DNA of 64,000 nt, taken from positions 4,608,001 to 4,672,000 of the forward strand of contig CBDETK010000013.1 of NCBI GenBank assembly GCA_965242865.1, given 5' to 3'. The notes under the pieces were generated by a model, which was not told where the DNA came from, did no database searches, and worked only from the letters and a program-made list of their open reading frames with translations. Positions 26,975-36,057 of this stretch are shown here, one piece after another (positions within the stretch are counted from its first letter, which is position 1; each line of letters begins with the position of its first letter). The translations under genes were made by a program, and so were the position numbers. Origin of the DNA: Candidatus Latescibacterota bacterium (lineage in GTDB: Bacteria > Latescibacterota > UBA2968 > UBA8231).

Positions 26975-28297
26975 CTATCGGCGAACCGGCCGGTAGGGCA
27001 TCTGCATTTCGACCGTTCCTCTTTCTCTTATCTGATCCCATACATCGAAGTACGTCGGAAAGGTTTTGCCAACGCAGCCTGGGTCATTGATGCGGATTCC
27101 GGGCACGAGCAATCCGACTAGGGCAAAACTCATAGCCACTCGGTGATCCTTATAGGTATCGATGGGGCTGCCTTTGGGCTTAGACGGCGCAATGGTAACG
27201 CCGTCTCTGTGCTCTTCTACCGCCACGCCGAGCCGACGCAGTTGGGCGACCATGGCGGCAACCCGGTCGGTCTCCTGCCAGCGCGTGTGCTCGATGTTGC
27301 GGATGCGCACTGGCTCCTTGGCAAAGGGCGCGATCGCGGCCAGCGTCAGCGAGGTATCCGATATAGCCTTCATATCGATGTCTATCCCCCTGAGTTGATC
27401 CGGCCCGATCACCTCGATTCCGTGGGCGTAGCGGTTGACCGTGCAGCCCATGTTCTCAAGTACATCGACGAAGTGGATATCGCCTTGGGCTGAGTCGGCA
27501 GCAATGTCGGCTACGCGCACTCGACCACCGCTGAGCGCAGCGGCCGCAAAGAAGTACGAGGCGTTGGAAGCGTCCGGCTCAATGGCGTAGGCGCGGGGCG
27601 TATAGCATTGACCGCCGGCAACGCGAAAACGCCGGTAATCGTCGTGCTCAACCTCGACCCCAAAGGACTGCATGACCGCCATAGTGATGTCGATATATTC
27701 GGTCTTAAACTCGCCGACCATCTCGATTTCCAAGCCGTTGTCGGCATAGGGGGCGACGAGCAGCAGCGAGGTGAGGAACTGGCTGCTCTTGCTGGCGTTG
27801 AGCTGGGTTTTTCCGCCGCTGAATCCCTTAGCCCGAATTTCTACGGGCAGGCATCCGTTGCGCGAGCGAGCGTCGATCCCGAGTTGGCCGAGCGCGTCGA
27901 GCAGGTCGGCAATCGGCCGGCTCTGGCGCATGGGCGCGTCGCCATCGATGACAAAGGTCCCATTGCCGAGCGCGACATAGCTCGTGACCGACCGCGAAGT
28001 AGTGCCCGAATTGCCAATGTACAGCTCGGCCCCATCGACGGGAATCCGTCCCCCGTTGCCGGCGACCGCAAAGCGGGCTGCTTTTGGATCGGCCTCTATG
28101 GAGACGCCGAGTTTGCGCAACGCTTGGACCATGTAGTCGGTATCGTCGCTAAAGAGCGCGCCCGTAAGGTGCGATTTTCCGTTGGCTAATGCCGCAACCA
28201 GCAGGGCTCGGTTGGTGTAGCTTTTGGAGCCGGGGACGGAGACCACGACGTTGAGCGGATCTTGCAAGGGTTGTATTTCGAGCGAATTGACGTTCAT
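26975..28297 (-). CDS. aroA: 3-phosphoshikimate 1-carboxyvinyltransferase (EPSP synthase)
   Basis: VPGSKSYTNRAL, GNSGTTSR, SSQFLTSLLL, EPDASNASYF, ETDR, DHRVAMSF, CVGKTFP. Confidence 0.96.
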   Translation of the reverse strand: MNVNSLEIQPLQDPLNVVVSVPGSKSYTNRALLVAALANGKSHLTGALFSDDTDYMVQALRKLGVSIEADPKAARFAVAGNGGRIPVDGAELYIGNSGTTSRSVTSYVALGNGTFVIDGDAPMRQSRPIADLLDALGQLGIDARSRNGCLPVEIRAKGFSGGKTQLNASKSSQFLTSLLLVAPYADNGLEIEMVGEFKTEYIDITMAVMQSFGVEVEHDDYRRFRVAGGQCYTPRAYAIEPDASNASYFFAAAALSGGRVRVADIAADSAQGDIHFVDVLENMGCTVNRYAHGIEVIGPDQLRGIDIDMKAISDTSLTLAAIAPFAKEPVRIRNIEHTRWQETDRVAAMVAQLRRLGVAVEEHRDGVTIAPSKPKGSPIDTYKDHRVAMSFALVGLLVPGIRINDPGCVGKTFPTYFDVWDQIRERGTVEMQMPYRPVRR

Positions 28298-28454
28298 GTT
28301 TGTTCGACAGCGCGGTTGGGTGGTATGGCGCGAGCAGGTTCCTGCATAATCTGGCGTCTCGCGGTGCTTTGAGCAACGTTGGCTTAGGCGGTCTTAGGCT
28401 GGAGGATACCGGGTTTTTCCTCTACCTTTACCCGCGAAAGGAGTGCGCCACGCC

Positions 28455-29351
28455 ATGCCATCAGACAAGACGCCGGACGAGATCAAAAATTTGCTCGAGG
28501 GGCCGGTCAACTCCATTCCCACTACCTTTTTGCCGAATGGCCAGCTAGACTGGGAGGGCATCGGCCACGTAATCGACATCGGCATCGTCAGCGGCAGCAG
28601 GGTCAGCTTGCTGACTTACGGGGACAGCCAGTTTGAGTTCCTCAGCGACGAAGAGGTCGCCCAACTCACCCGCTTTTTGATCGACCGGGTCGCCGGGCGG
28701 GCGTTGACGGTGGCGGCGACCCGACGCTGGCCAGACGATCGGGCGGTCCAATTCGCCGAGTACTGCCGCAGTTGGGGAGCCGATGTGCTGATGGTGCTGC
28801 CGCCGGACCAAGCCCAGCCGCGGGGCAAGGTTATCCAATACCGCAAAGTAGCCCAAGTAATGCCCCTGATGTTAGTGGGGTGTCCTCCCTATGAAATTCT
28901 CGACGCGCTGCTCGACGCGCCCAACATCTGCACCTTCAAAGAAGACGGCACACTCGAATACGCAAAGGCGACCATGCACCGCTATGGCGACCGGTGGAAG
29001 TTTATGACCGGCGGGGGGCTATGGCGCAATTTCGCCCAATGGCCCTGCGGCGTCCGCGCCTTCTTTTGCTATCCATCTTCGTTTGCTCCCCACATAGCGC
29101 GAAGCTACTGGCGGGCCTTCCAAGATGGCGACGCCAAAACGGCCCAGACCATCATCACCCAAATTGAGGAACCCTTTTGGGGAGTGGCCGCCGATGTGCT
29201 GGGCGGCGGCCAAGCGGTGTGGCGCACCGCGCTCGAACTCAACGGCATTGCTTCGCGCTGGTTGCGCCCGCCCATGGTGACGGCCACGGACGCGGAGGTG
29301 GACAAGATCGGGGCCGTTTTGGATGCCATCGGGCTGATAAATCCCCGCTGA
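28455..29351 (+). CDS. Dihydrodipicolinate synthase-family (class I aldolase/lyase) protein
   Basis: IPTTF..GQLDWEG, GADVLMVLPP, PNICTFKED (Schiff-base Lys), terminal LRPPM; GxTGE replaced by YGDSQ, so not true DapA. Confidence 0.82.
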   Translation: MPSDKTPDEIKNLLEGPVNSIPTTFLPNGQLDWEGIGHVIDIGIVSGSRVSLLTYGDSQFEFLSDEEVAQLTRFLIDRVAGRALTVAATRRWPDDRAVQFAEYCRSWGADVLMVLPPDQAQPRGKVIQYRKVAQVMPLMLVGCPPYEILDALLDAPNICTFKEDGTLEYAKATMHRYGDRWKFMTGGGLWRNFAQWPCGVRAFFCYPSSFAPHIARSYWRAFQDGDAKTAQTIITQIEEPFWGVAADVLGGGQAVWRTALELNGIASRWLRPPMVTATDAEVDKIGAVLDAIGLINPR

Positions 29352-29361
29352 GCGGCTCGCA

Positions 29362-31422
29362 TCACCGGCTCGGCGAAAATTCTGCTTCCCAGAGGATGCG
29401 ATTCTCGATGGCAAGCTGGGCGATACGGATGCGGTCGATGGCGTAGGCGGGGAGGCGGACGAGCACCATGCACTCGTCGTCAACGTGCTCTCTGAGCCAG
29501 TTGAAGTTGAAGTCGAGATTATCAAAACCGTACTGTCTGCTGTAGGCGGGCAGATCGGCCGGATCGACCGGATAGACGTCTAGCACGAACTTGGCCTGCA
29601 CGTCGGCGGGGGCACACGGCTTCTTGCGGTAAACCAGCGTGCGTCCGGTGCGGTACACGTGCCAGCCAGCGCGGATGACTTGCTCGTCGGCCTGTTGGAT
29701 GAGTTGGTTCACGTAGCGTTGTCGCCGGGCGCGAGACCGGTCCGCATTGAAGGGTTTGGTCGTCGTTTTTGCACAGCAGGGTTCGCCCGTCGTCATGCGA
29801 AACACCACCCCATCGGCTAGCTCGGCCACGGGTTCCACATCGGGCAGGCCGCGGAGGTTCCGGTCGTCGTCGACCATTTGGATATTTCCGATATAGACGA
29901 GATACACATCGTCGCCAGCGGTCTGCCGCATTATGTGCGGCATCACCTTATAGCTCTTTCTCGGGAGCCGCTGGTGCTTTCCCGGGGCGGCGGTCCGATC
30001 CCAAAACCAAGCAAGACCCATTCTGTTGCTGTAAATCCGGCCCTCGCGGAGGTGGAGCCTGATGTAATTCAGAGTCTCGGAGGATGCCCAGTAGGAGGTA
30101 TTGTGCTTCCAGATTCCGAACCCGAATCCGAATTCCAATGCTTTGGTGGTAATACAGAGGTTCCTGTGCGCCGAGAAGCCGATGTGGGCGAGGGCGGCCA
30201 GCAAGACGAGGCCCTTTAGCCCCGACTTGGCCACGGCCATCCGACCCGCCATCGCGATGGACAGGAACCGGTCCAGCAGCAACACCGCCGCCGACAGCAA
30301 CGGCACATACACCGGCAGCAGGTAGCGACTGTCGATTTCCTGCCAAGTCATAAAGGGCACGACAGCGACGATGAATAGGAGATAGGCTAGAGCGAACCCC
30401 CCGAATGGGAGTGCCGGCCCCAACCCTAAGAGCAGCGACCCAGGCCGAAGCCGTAGATTCAGACCAACGGCACCCAACCCTGCGGCCCCCACTAGCCCGG
30501 CCGCTGTCCACAGGAGTAACCCGTCCGGCGCATCCGGGGGAATCACCCACTCTTGGAATACATCCACCACTTGGCTCAGCCCATCGGACACATCGGACAG
30601 GGACTGCCTCCTCTCTCTCTTTCCCGTCAGGGTCCCGGAGATCGCCCAGTTGCGCGTCAGCACTACCGCGAGGGGCAAGGAGGAGACCGCGCCAAATACG
30701 ACAGCGTCTTTCAACCGGGCGGCCAGCGGCGGGGTGCGCCACCCCAGCAGCAGGACGCCAGCACCGATCAGCACCACGCCCGGCCAACGGGTCAGCGCGG
30801 CCAGCGCGGTGAAAACCGCCGCCCACCACAGAGGCGTCCGCCCGCCGCGTTGCAGGAAGGACGCCAACTGGATCAAGGCGAGGAGCGTCAACAGGACGAA
30901 GAGGGGCTCGGTCAAGAGGGTTGACGCGAATTCGCTCAAGGGCAGGGACGCCGCGATGGCCCCGGTCGCGGCCAGTGCCAGCCCTCGCGACCGGAGATTC
31001 GAGCGCAACCAGCACCCCGCGGCGAGGATGGTCAGCCCGAAGGCGGTGGCGTTAATCCACCGACCCGCCTCCAGCGGCGCGATGCCGACCCAACCGCCAG
31101 CCGCCAGCCCCAAGGGAAACAAGGGCGGCCAGCCCACCAGCGGTCTGTCCCAGAAATCCCGCCAGCCTTCTCCGGCGAGGAAGTTTATGGCCGTGGACAG
31201 GAAAAGGGTGCTGTCGTGGCCGACCGCGGGACCGTAGGTGGCGGTGCGGACGAGGATGTGGGCGGTGCCCAGCCCGGCGAGGACGCCGATGAGCAGCGCG
31301 AAGCGGTCTCGCCCGAACCGGACGATCCGCTCGATGGCGGAGCACTTCTCTCTCCCCCCCCATAAATTTAATAAAAACAACCACTTACGATACGTCCAAA
31401 AATGAGAAATACCTCGTTCCAT
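29362..31422 (-). CDS. Lipid-carrier-dependent (ArnT/PMT_2-like GT-C) membrane glycosyltransferase with periplasmic C-terminal domain; start uncertain
   Basis: DSTLFLSTA.N..AGEG, WPPLFP, LLTEPLF, ALAALTRWPG, RYLLPVYVP; multiple TMs. Confidence 0.8.
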   Translation of the reverse strand: MERGISHFWTYRKWLFLLNLWGGREKCSAIERIVRFGRDRFALLIGVLAGLGTAHILVRTATYGPAVGHDSTLFLSTAINFLAGEGWRDFWDRPLVGWPPLFPLGLAAGGWVGIAPLEAGRWINATAFGLTILAAGCWLRSNLRSRGLALAATGAIAASLPLSEFASTLLTEPLFVLLTLLALIQLASFLQRGGRTPLWWAAVFTALAALTRWPGVVLIGAGVLLLGWRTPPLAARLKDAVVFGAVSSLPLAVVLTRNWAISGTLTGKRERRQSLSDVSDGLSQVVDVFQEWVIPPDAPDGLLLWTAAGLVGAAGLGAVGLNLRLRPGSLLLGLGPALPFGGFALAYLLFIVAVVPFMTWQEIDSRYLLPVYVPLLSAAVLLLDRFLSIAMAGRMAVAKSGLKGLVLLAALAHIGFSAHRNLCITTKALEFGFGFGIWKHNTSYWASSETLNYIRLHLREGRIYSNRMGLAWFWDRTAAPGKHQRLPRKSYKVMPHIMRQTAGDDVYLVYIGNIQMVDDDRNLRGLPDVEPVAELADGVVFRMTTGEPCCAKTTTKPFNADRSRARRQRYVNQLIQQADEQVIRAGWHVYRTGRTLVYRKKPCAPADVQAKFVLDVYPVDPADLPAYSRQYGFDNLDFNFNWLREHVDDECMVLVRLPAYAIDRIRIAQLAIENRILWEAEFSPSR

Positions 31423-31637
31423 CTGTCGTAATCCCGTCAAGTTGGGAGCCGGTCATTCAATGAGTTCCCGTTTCCATGCACGGCGATTCTCCTCTGATGT
31501 ATCCCTAAGTAATGGCGGTATGAGAAGGTGTCAACAGAGCGTTTGCCGCGTCGGCGGCGATCAAGTAGTAGCATCAGCCCCCTGCAATGTTTAGCTTGAA
31601 ACGCCCGTCCATTCGGCCCATTAACGCGGAGGAAATC

Positions 31638-32099
31638 ATGGCCAGCCATCTCGAAGACGTCGAGTACAAAAACGGCAAAAAACACGGCCCTTGGGTGCTG
31701 TACTACGCCGCTGGCGGCAAGCGGCGCGAAGGTGCGTTTGACTTGGGCAAAAAGACCGGCCAATGGGTGGAGTACCACAGAAACGGCCGGCCGGCCAGCG
31801 TCAATCACTACCGAGAAGACCGGCTTACCGGCGACCACGTAGCCTACTACGAAAACGGCAACCGCAAGCAGACCGGGCAATTCAACGACTACCGCGGCAA
31901 GAGCACGGATGGGCGCAAAACGGGCACGTGGACCTTTTACGCCATTGACGGCGAAACGGTCTGGCGTCGCATTACCTACAAAGACGGCCGGCGCTGCCGG
32001 GAGGACGAGCATCCCCTCGGCTTGTGCCCGGATTGCGACAAGCCGGTGGAATCGCCCGCGTGGGAACGCTGCCCCCGTTGCGACGCCGAGTTGCTCTAA
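31638..32099 (+). CDS. MORN-variant (YwqK-like) repeat protein with C-terminal zinc ribbon
   Basis: GGAGG RBS; GKKHGPWVLYY, GKKTGQWVEYHRNG, YYENGNRK; CPDC-x9-CPRC. Confidence 0.8.
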   Translation: MASHLEDVEYKNGKKHGPWVLYYAAGGKRREGAFDLGKKTGQWVEYHRNGRPASVNHYREDRLTGDHVAYYENGNRKQTGQFNDYRGKSTDGRKTGTWTFYAIDGETVWRRITYKDGRRCREDEHPLGLCPDCDKPVESPAWERCPRCDAELL

Positions 32100-32127
32100 A
32101 TCATTCATTTGCAGATAGGAGAACGCC

Positions 32128-32943
32128 ATGAGCGAACTTAGACCCGTACCCATGACTGAAGAGCAGAAGTTTTTTTTCGACCTGCAAGGCTGGATCTTGT
32201 TGCCCGCGGTGCTGTCTGAAGCGGAAATCGCAGCGATGAAGGCCGAGGTGTATGGCGGCGCCAAACAGGGCTACCAAGGCGTCTTGCAGGAACTGTTGGA
32301 CCACCCGGCCGTGGTCGGCATCCTCACCGAGATCCTCGCCGAAGAGCCGTACCTCGGGGCCGAGTACCACAGTTTCCGCTGCGAAAATTCCTTTATCACA
32401 GTGCGACGCGCCGGTTGGAAAAGCACGGACAACGGCACTGGCCTGCCGCATGTGGTGCGGCCGCCGCAACAGGCCAATGCCATGCGCTACCAAGTGGCCG
32501 GGAACAAGATATTTTCCGGGCTGACGCGGGTGGTGTGGGAGCTTGAAGAAGTGAAAGCCGGCCAAGGGGGCACCACGTTTCTGTCCGGCTCGCACAAGGC
32601 CCATTTCAACTACGGCGGCCCCGACCCAAACCGGCCCAATATCGGCGAATCGCCTTGGGAGGAACCCATGCGGGCGGCCATGGCCCAATACAGCTGCCCG
32701 CCCGGCTCGGCCATTGTCTTCACCGAAAGCCTGCTACACGCGGCCAACGATTGGCTCAACCGCGACAATCCGCGTTGCGCCGTGTTCAATTGCTACAATT
32801 CTCTGTGGGCGCAATGGCACCGGCTCAACCTCAGCCACGAGATCATCGAAGCCATGCCGCCCAAGCGCCGCTCGCTGTTTCGCGGCACGTGGCAAATAGG
32901 CGGCGACAATCGCGCTTATTCGCAGGACAATCGCTCGGTTTGA
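32128..32943 (+). CDS. Phytanoyl-CoA dioxygenase (PhyH)-family Fe(II)/2OG enzyme
   Basis: EEQKFFFDLQGW, GGTTFLSGSHK, PPGSAIVFTESLLH, distal R. Confidence 0.85.
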   Translation: MSELRPVPMTEEQKFFFDLQGWILLPAVLSEAEIAAMKAEVYGGAKQGYQGVLQELLDHPAVVGILTEILAEEPYLGAEYHSFRCENSFITVRRAGWKSTDNGTGLPHVVRPPQQANAMRYQVAGNKIFSGLTRVVWELEEVKAGQGGTTFLSGSHKAHFNYGGPDPNRPNIGESPWEEPMRAAMAQYSCPPGSAIVFTESLLHAANDWLNRDNPRCAVFNCYNSLWAQWHRLNLSHEIIEAMPPKRRSLFRGTWQIGGDNRAYSQDNRSV

Positions 32944-33003
32944 AGTCGCCGTAGCTGCGAATTTGTGCCGCCGGTAGAACCCCAGAAGGCGGGGTGGGAG
33001 CGA

Positions 33004-34998
33004 ATGGCCGAGACCTTTATCAGCCAAGCCCACTTGGAGGCGACTCCGACCGGGAAGAGCCAGCCCCTTTCCGGCCGGGCCTTTGTGTTGGGTGCCCTGT
33101 TGTGCCTGCTCATTGGCGTCGGCACCATCTACGCCAACGCCATCATCCAAGGCACCTTCATGGCTTGGTGCTTTAGCAATCCCGTCGCTCTCTTTCTGTT
33201 CTTCTATTTGGTGTTGGGCAACATCTTGGTGGGAACCTTGGCCCGCAATTTGATGCTCAGGCGGGAGGAATTGGTGCTGATCTACGCCATGATGATGGTG
33301 TCGGCCTCGATTCCCACCTTTGGTTTGGTCGAGCACTTGCTGCCCATGATCACCGGGGTTTTCTATTACGCCACCCCGGAAAACAACTGGGACGAGCTGA
33401 TCCAGCCCTATGTACCCGCTTGGCTCGCCCCCAGCGATGAGCCGTTGATCCAAGGGTTCTACGAGGGCCTGCCCAAGGGGACGCCGGTGCCTTGGGCAGG
33501 CTGGTTGGAGGCGTTGGGCTATTGGTCTGTTTTCCTCATTGCCCTCTATCTAGTATCAATCGGCCTGATGGTGCTTTTGCGCCGGCCGTGGATGGAAGGG
33601 GAACGCCTGCTCTATCCGATGATGCAGGTCCCCATTGAGATGATCAACGGACGCGAAGGGCGCGAGGGGACGGCCTTGGTCAGCGCGGTCTTCCGCCAGC
33701 CGCAGATGTGGATCGGCTTTGCCCTGCCCGTCCTCGTGGGCTGCTGCAACGCCCTACACAATTACTATCCGCAATGGCCGGCGCTGTACTTTCGCTCCAG
33801 TATGTACTTGTTCCGCGATACCATCAATCTGCCCTTTGAGTTTTCTTTTTCTTTAGTGGGTTTTTCCTATTTCATCAACCGCAACCTCGCCTTGGGGATC
33901 TGGTTTTTCTATTTGCTGGCCCTAGTGGAGCAGGGTTGTTTCAATATTTTAGGCGTCCACAGCACGGAAAAGTTGGGCTGGTTTAGCAATCCGAGTTCTC
34001 CCTATCTGACCCATCAGGCTTTGGGGGCCATGCTGGTATTCGCTCTATATACGCTGTGGAAGGCGCGCTTCCACTTGCTGGCAGTGGTGCGACGGACTTG
34101 GAGTCGCGGCGGCGACGATAGCGACGATGGCGACGAGATCATGTCGTACCGGGCGGCCCTGTGGACGGTGCTGGTGGGGTTGGTCATCATGGTCGGGTGG
34201 CTCGAAGCTACGGGCATCCCCTTAGCCTCGGTCTTGCTCTTAGTCGCGGTGGCGATGCTGATTTTCATTGCCTTGTCGCGCATTGTCGTTGAGGCTGGGG
34301 TCGCGTTGGTGCGGGCGCCGCTCATCGCGCCCGATTTTGTCATGGCCAGCATGGGCTCCTCCTTCCTCGGGCCGAAGGGCTTGACCGGCTTGGCGTACAC
34401 CTATCCGTGGACGGCGGATATTGTCACCTTCCCCATGGCGGCCTGCGCCAATAGCCTGAAGATGATCCACGAGGTGGTGCGGGGGAGAAAACGAGCCTTT
34501 TTCTGGGGCATGGTGCTGGCCTTGGTGGTTACTTTGGGGGGAGCGTTCTGGATTGTGCTGTATCTGTCCTATCGGCACGGCGGCATCAATCTCAATAGCT
34601 GGTTCTGGCTCACCTCTTCCTCGGTGCCCCTCTCCTATATCTCGATGATGATGCGCAGTCCCTCCACTACCGACCTAGGCGGTTGGCTGTTTACGGGCTT
34701 GGGTGCTGGGCTGATGTGGCTGCTAATTGGGGTCCATCAGCGGGTCCTCTGGTGGCCCATTCATCCGCTCGGCTTGGCCATGACCGGGACGGTCTTCACC
34801 TCGGGGGTGATGTGGTTCAACGTCTTTTTGGCTTGGGCCATAAAAGGCGTGGTGCTCAAGTACGGCGGGGGCGTTTTGTACCGTCAGACTCGGTATTTTT
34901 TCGTCGGCATGATTTTGGGGGCCTTTGTCGTGGCCGGTACTTGGCTGGTGATTGATTTCATCACCGGGAAGCAGGGCAACTTCGTATTGATATGGTGA
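33004..34998 (+). CDS. DUF6785/DUF6784-like polytopic membrane protein (putative transporter)
   Basis: About 16 TM; W...ERLLYPMMQVP, WWPIHPLG, AWAIK.VVLKYGG..LY...RYFF.GMILG. Confidence 0.75.
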   Translation: MAETFISQAHLEATPTGKSQPLSGRAFVLGALLCLLIGVGTIYANAIIQGTFMAWCFSNPVALFLFFYLVLGNILVGTLARNLMLRREELVLIYAMMMVSASIPTFGLVEHLLPMITGVFYYATPENNWDELIQPYVPAWLAPSDEPLIQGFYEGLPKGTPVPWAGWLEALGYWSVFLIALYLVSIGLMVLLRRPWMEGERLLYPMMQVPIEMINGREGREGTALVSAVFRQPQMWIGFALPVLVGCCNALHNYYPQWPALYFRSSMYLFRDTINLPFEFSFSLVGFSYFINRNLALGIWFFYLLALVEQGCFNILGVHSTEKLGWFSNPSSPYLTHQALGAMLVFALYTLWKARFHLLAVVRRTWSRGGDDSDDGDEIMSYRAALWTVLVGLVIMVGWLEATGIPLASVLLLVAVAMLIFIALSRIVVEAGVALVRAPLIAPDFVMASMGSSFLGPKGLTGLAYTYPWTADIVTFPMAACANSLKMIHEVVRGRKRAFFWGMVLALVVTLGGAFWIVLYLSYRHGGINLNSWFWLTSSSVPLSYISMMMRSPSTTDLGGWLFTGLGAGLMWLLIGVHQRVLWWPIHPLGLAMTGTVFTSGVMWFNVFLAWAIKGVVLKYGGGVLYRQTRYFFVGMILGAFVVAGTWLVIDFITGKQGNFVLIW

Positions 34999-35116
34999 GT
35001 GCCAAGCGGCCCGGGCGGCGCGACAACTGCGCGGTGGACGGCGGTTGGAGCGCGGCGGTGCGCGACCTATCTTTTCCGGCATCCGCAACGGCAACGAGTT
35101 CATCAAGGAGGGACAA

Positions 35117-36043
35117 ATGGGAGTGTGGCTCGAAAAAGCACCCATGCCGACCAATCGGCACGACCTACAGGCCATTGCTGTGGCAGGCGAGATCTATGCC
35201 ATTTCTGGAGCCGGAGACTATACGGTCCACGCGGTTGAAATCTACGACGTAGCCAGCGACACTTGGCGGCCGGGACCGCCCATTCCCACGCAGCGGGGGT
35301 GGTTCGGCGCAGCGCGGATCGGCGACGAGGTGTACGTCTGCGGTGGCAAGCGGGTGCGCTCGGACGAGGAAAAGCAGCAAACCGGCGACGACTATCACTT
35401 TGAAATCCGCGACAGCGTCGAGGTGTTGGATCTAAGGACGCAGACTTGGTCAGCCGCTGCTCCCTTGAGCAAGCCCCGGGCCGGTCTGGTGGCCGTTGCC
35501 TGTAAGGGGAAGATCTACGCGGTCGGCGGCAACAGCATGAACGCCGAGCCCGAAATAGGCCAGCGGCACTTGGACCGCGTCGAGGTCTTCAACCCGGCCA
35601 CGGCCCGCTGGACCGTAGGCGTGCCCCTGCCCAAAGCAGTCCAAGGGCCTGGAGTCGCCGTCGTAGAAGACAAAATCTACGTCGCGACCGGAATAGGCGG
35701 CGATGGCCCCCGGCCCGACTTCAACGTCTTTGACCCAGCGACCAACCATTGGTCGCCGCTGCCGCCCATTCCCACGCCGCGCTGCGATCCGGGCTGTGTG
35801 GCGGTGGGGCGTGCGATCTACGTTTTTGGCGGCTGGGGCGGGTCCGCGCCCTATCACACAGCGGTTGAAGTGTACGATATCGACGCCGGCACTTGGTCGA
35901 GCGAGACCCCCATGCCGCTAAAAAAAGCCTGGATGGCCACGGCAACCGTCGGCGAGCGGATTTTCGTCATGGGTGGGGCCCACAAGTGGGAGGATCGCGC
36001 GGGGTACAACTGGATCGCGGATCTACACGAGTACGTTCCCTAA
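35117..36043 (+). CDS. Kelch-repeat beta-propeller protein
   Basis: AAGGAGG RBS; six repeats of IY..GG..VEVYD....W....PMP. Confidence 0.9.
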   Translation: MGVWLEKAPMPTNRHDLQAIAVAGEIYAISGAGDYTVHAVEIYDVASDTWRPGPPIPTQRGWFGAARIGDEVYVCGGKRVRSDEEKQQTGDDYHFEIRDSVEVLDLRTQTWSAAAPLSKPRAGLVAVACKGKIYAVGGNSMNAEPEIGQRHLDRVEVFNPATARWTVGVPLPKAVQGPGVAVVEDKIYVATGIGGDGPRPDFNVFDPATNHWSPLPPIPTPRCDPGCVAVGRAIYVFGGWGGSAPYHTAVEVYDIDAGTWSSETPMPLKKAWMATATVGERIFVMGGAHKWEDRAGYNWIADLHEYVP

Positions 36044-36057
36044 GTCGGTGCTTGCTG

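Noticed and set aside
26975-28297. AroA has WQETDR instead of the usual xKETDR
   Set aside because: This position varies among AroA clades and the other catalytic motifs are intact; treated as ordinary aroA
28455-29351. Assigning dapA
   Set aside because: Lacks the GTTGE motif and typical DapA signatures; only a family-level call is supported
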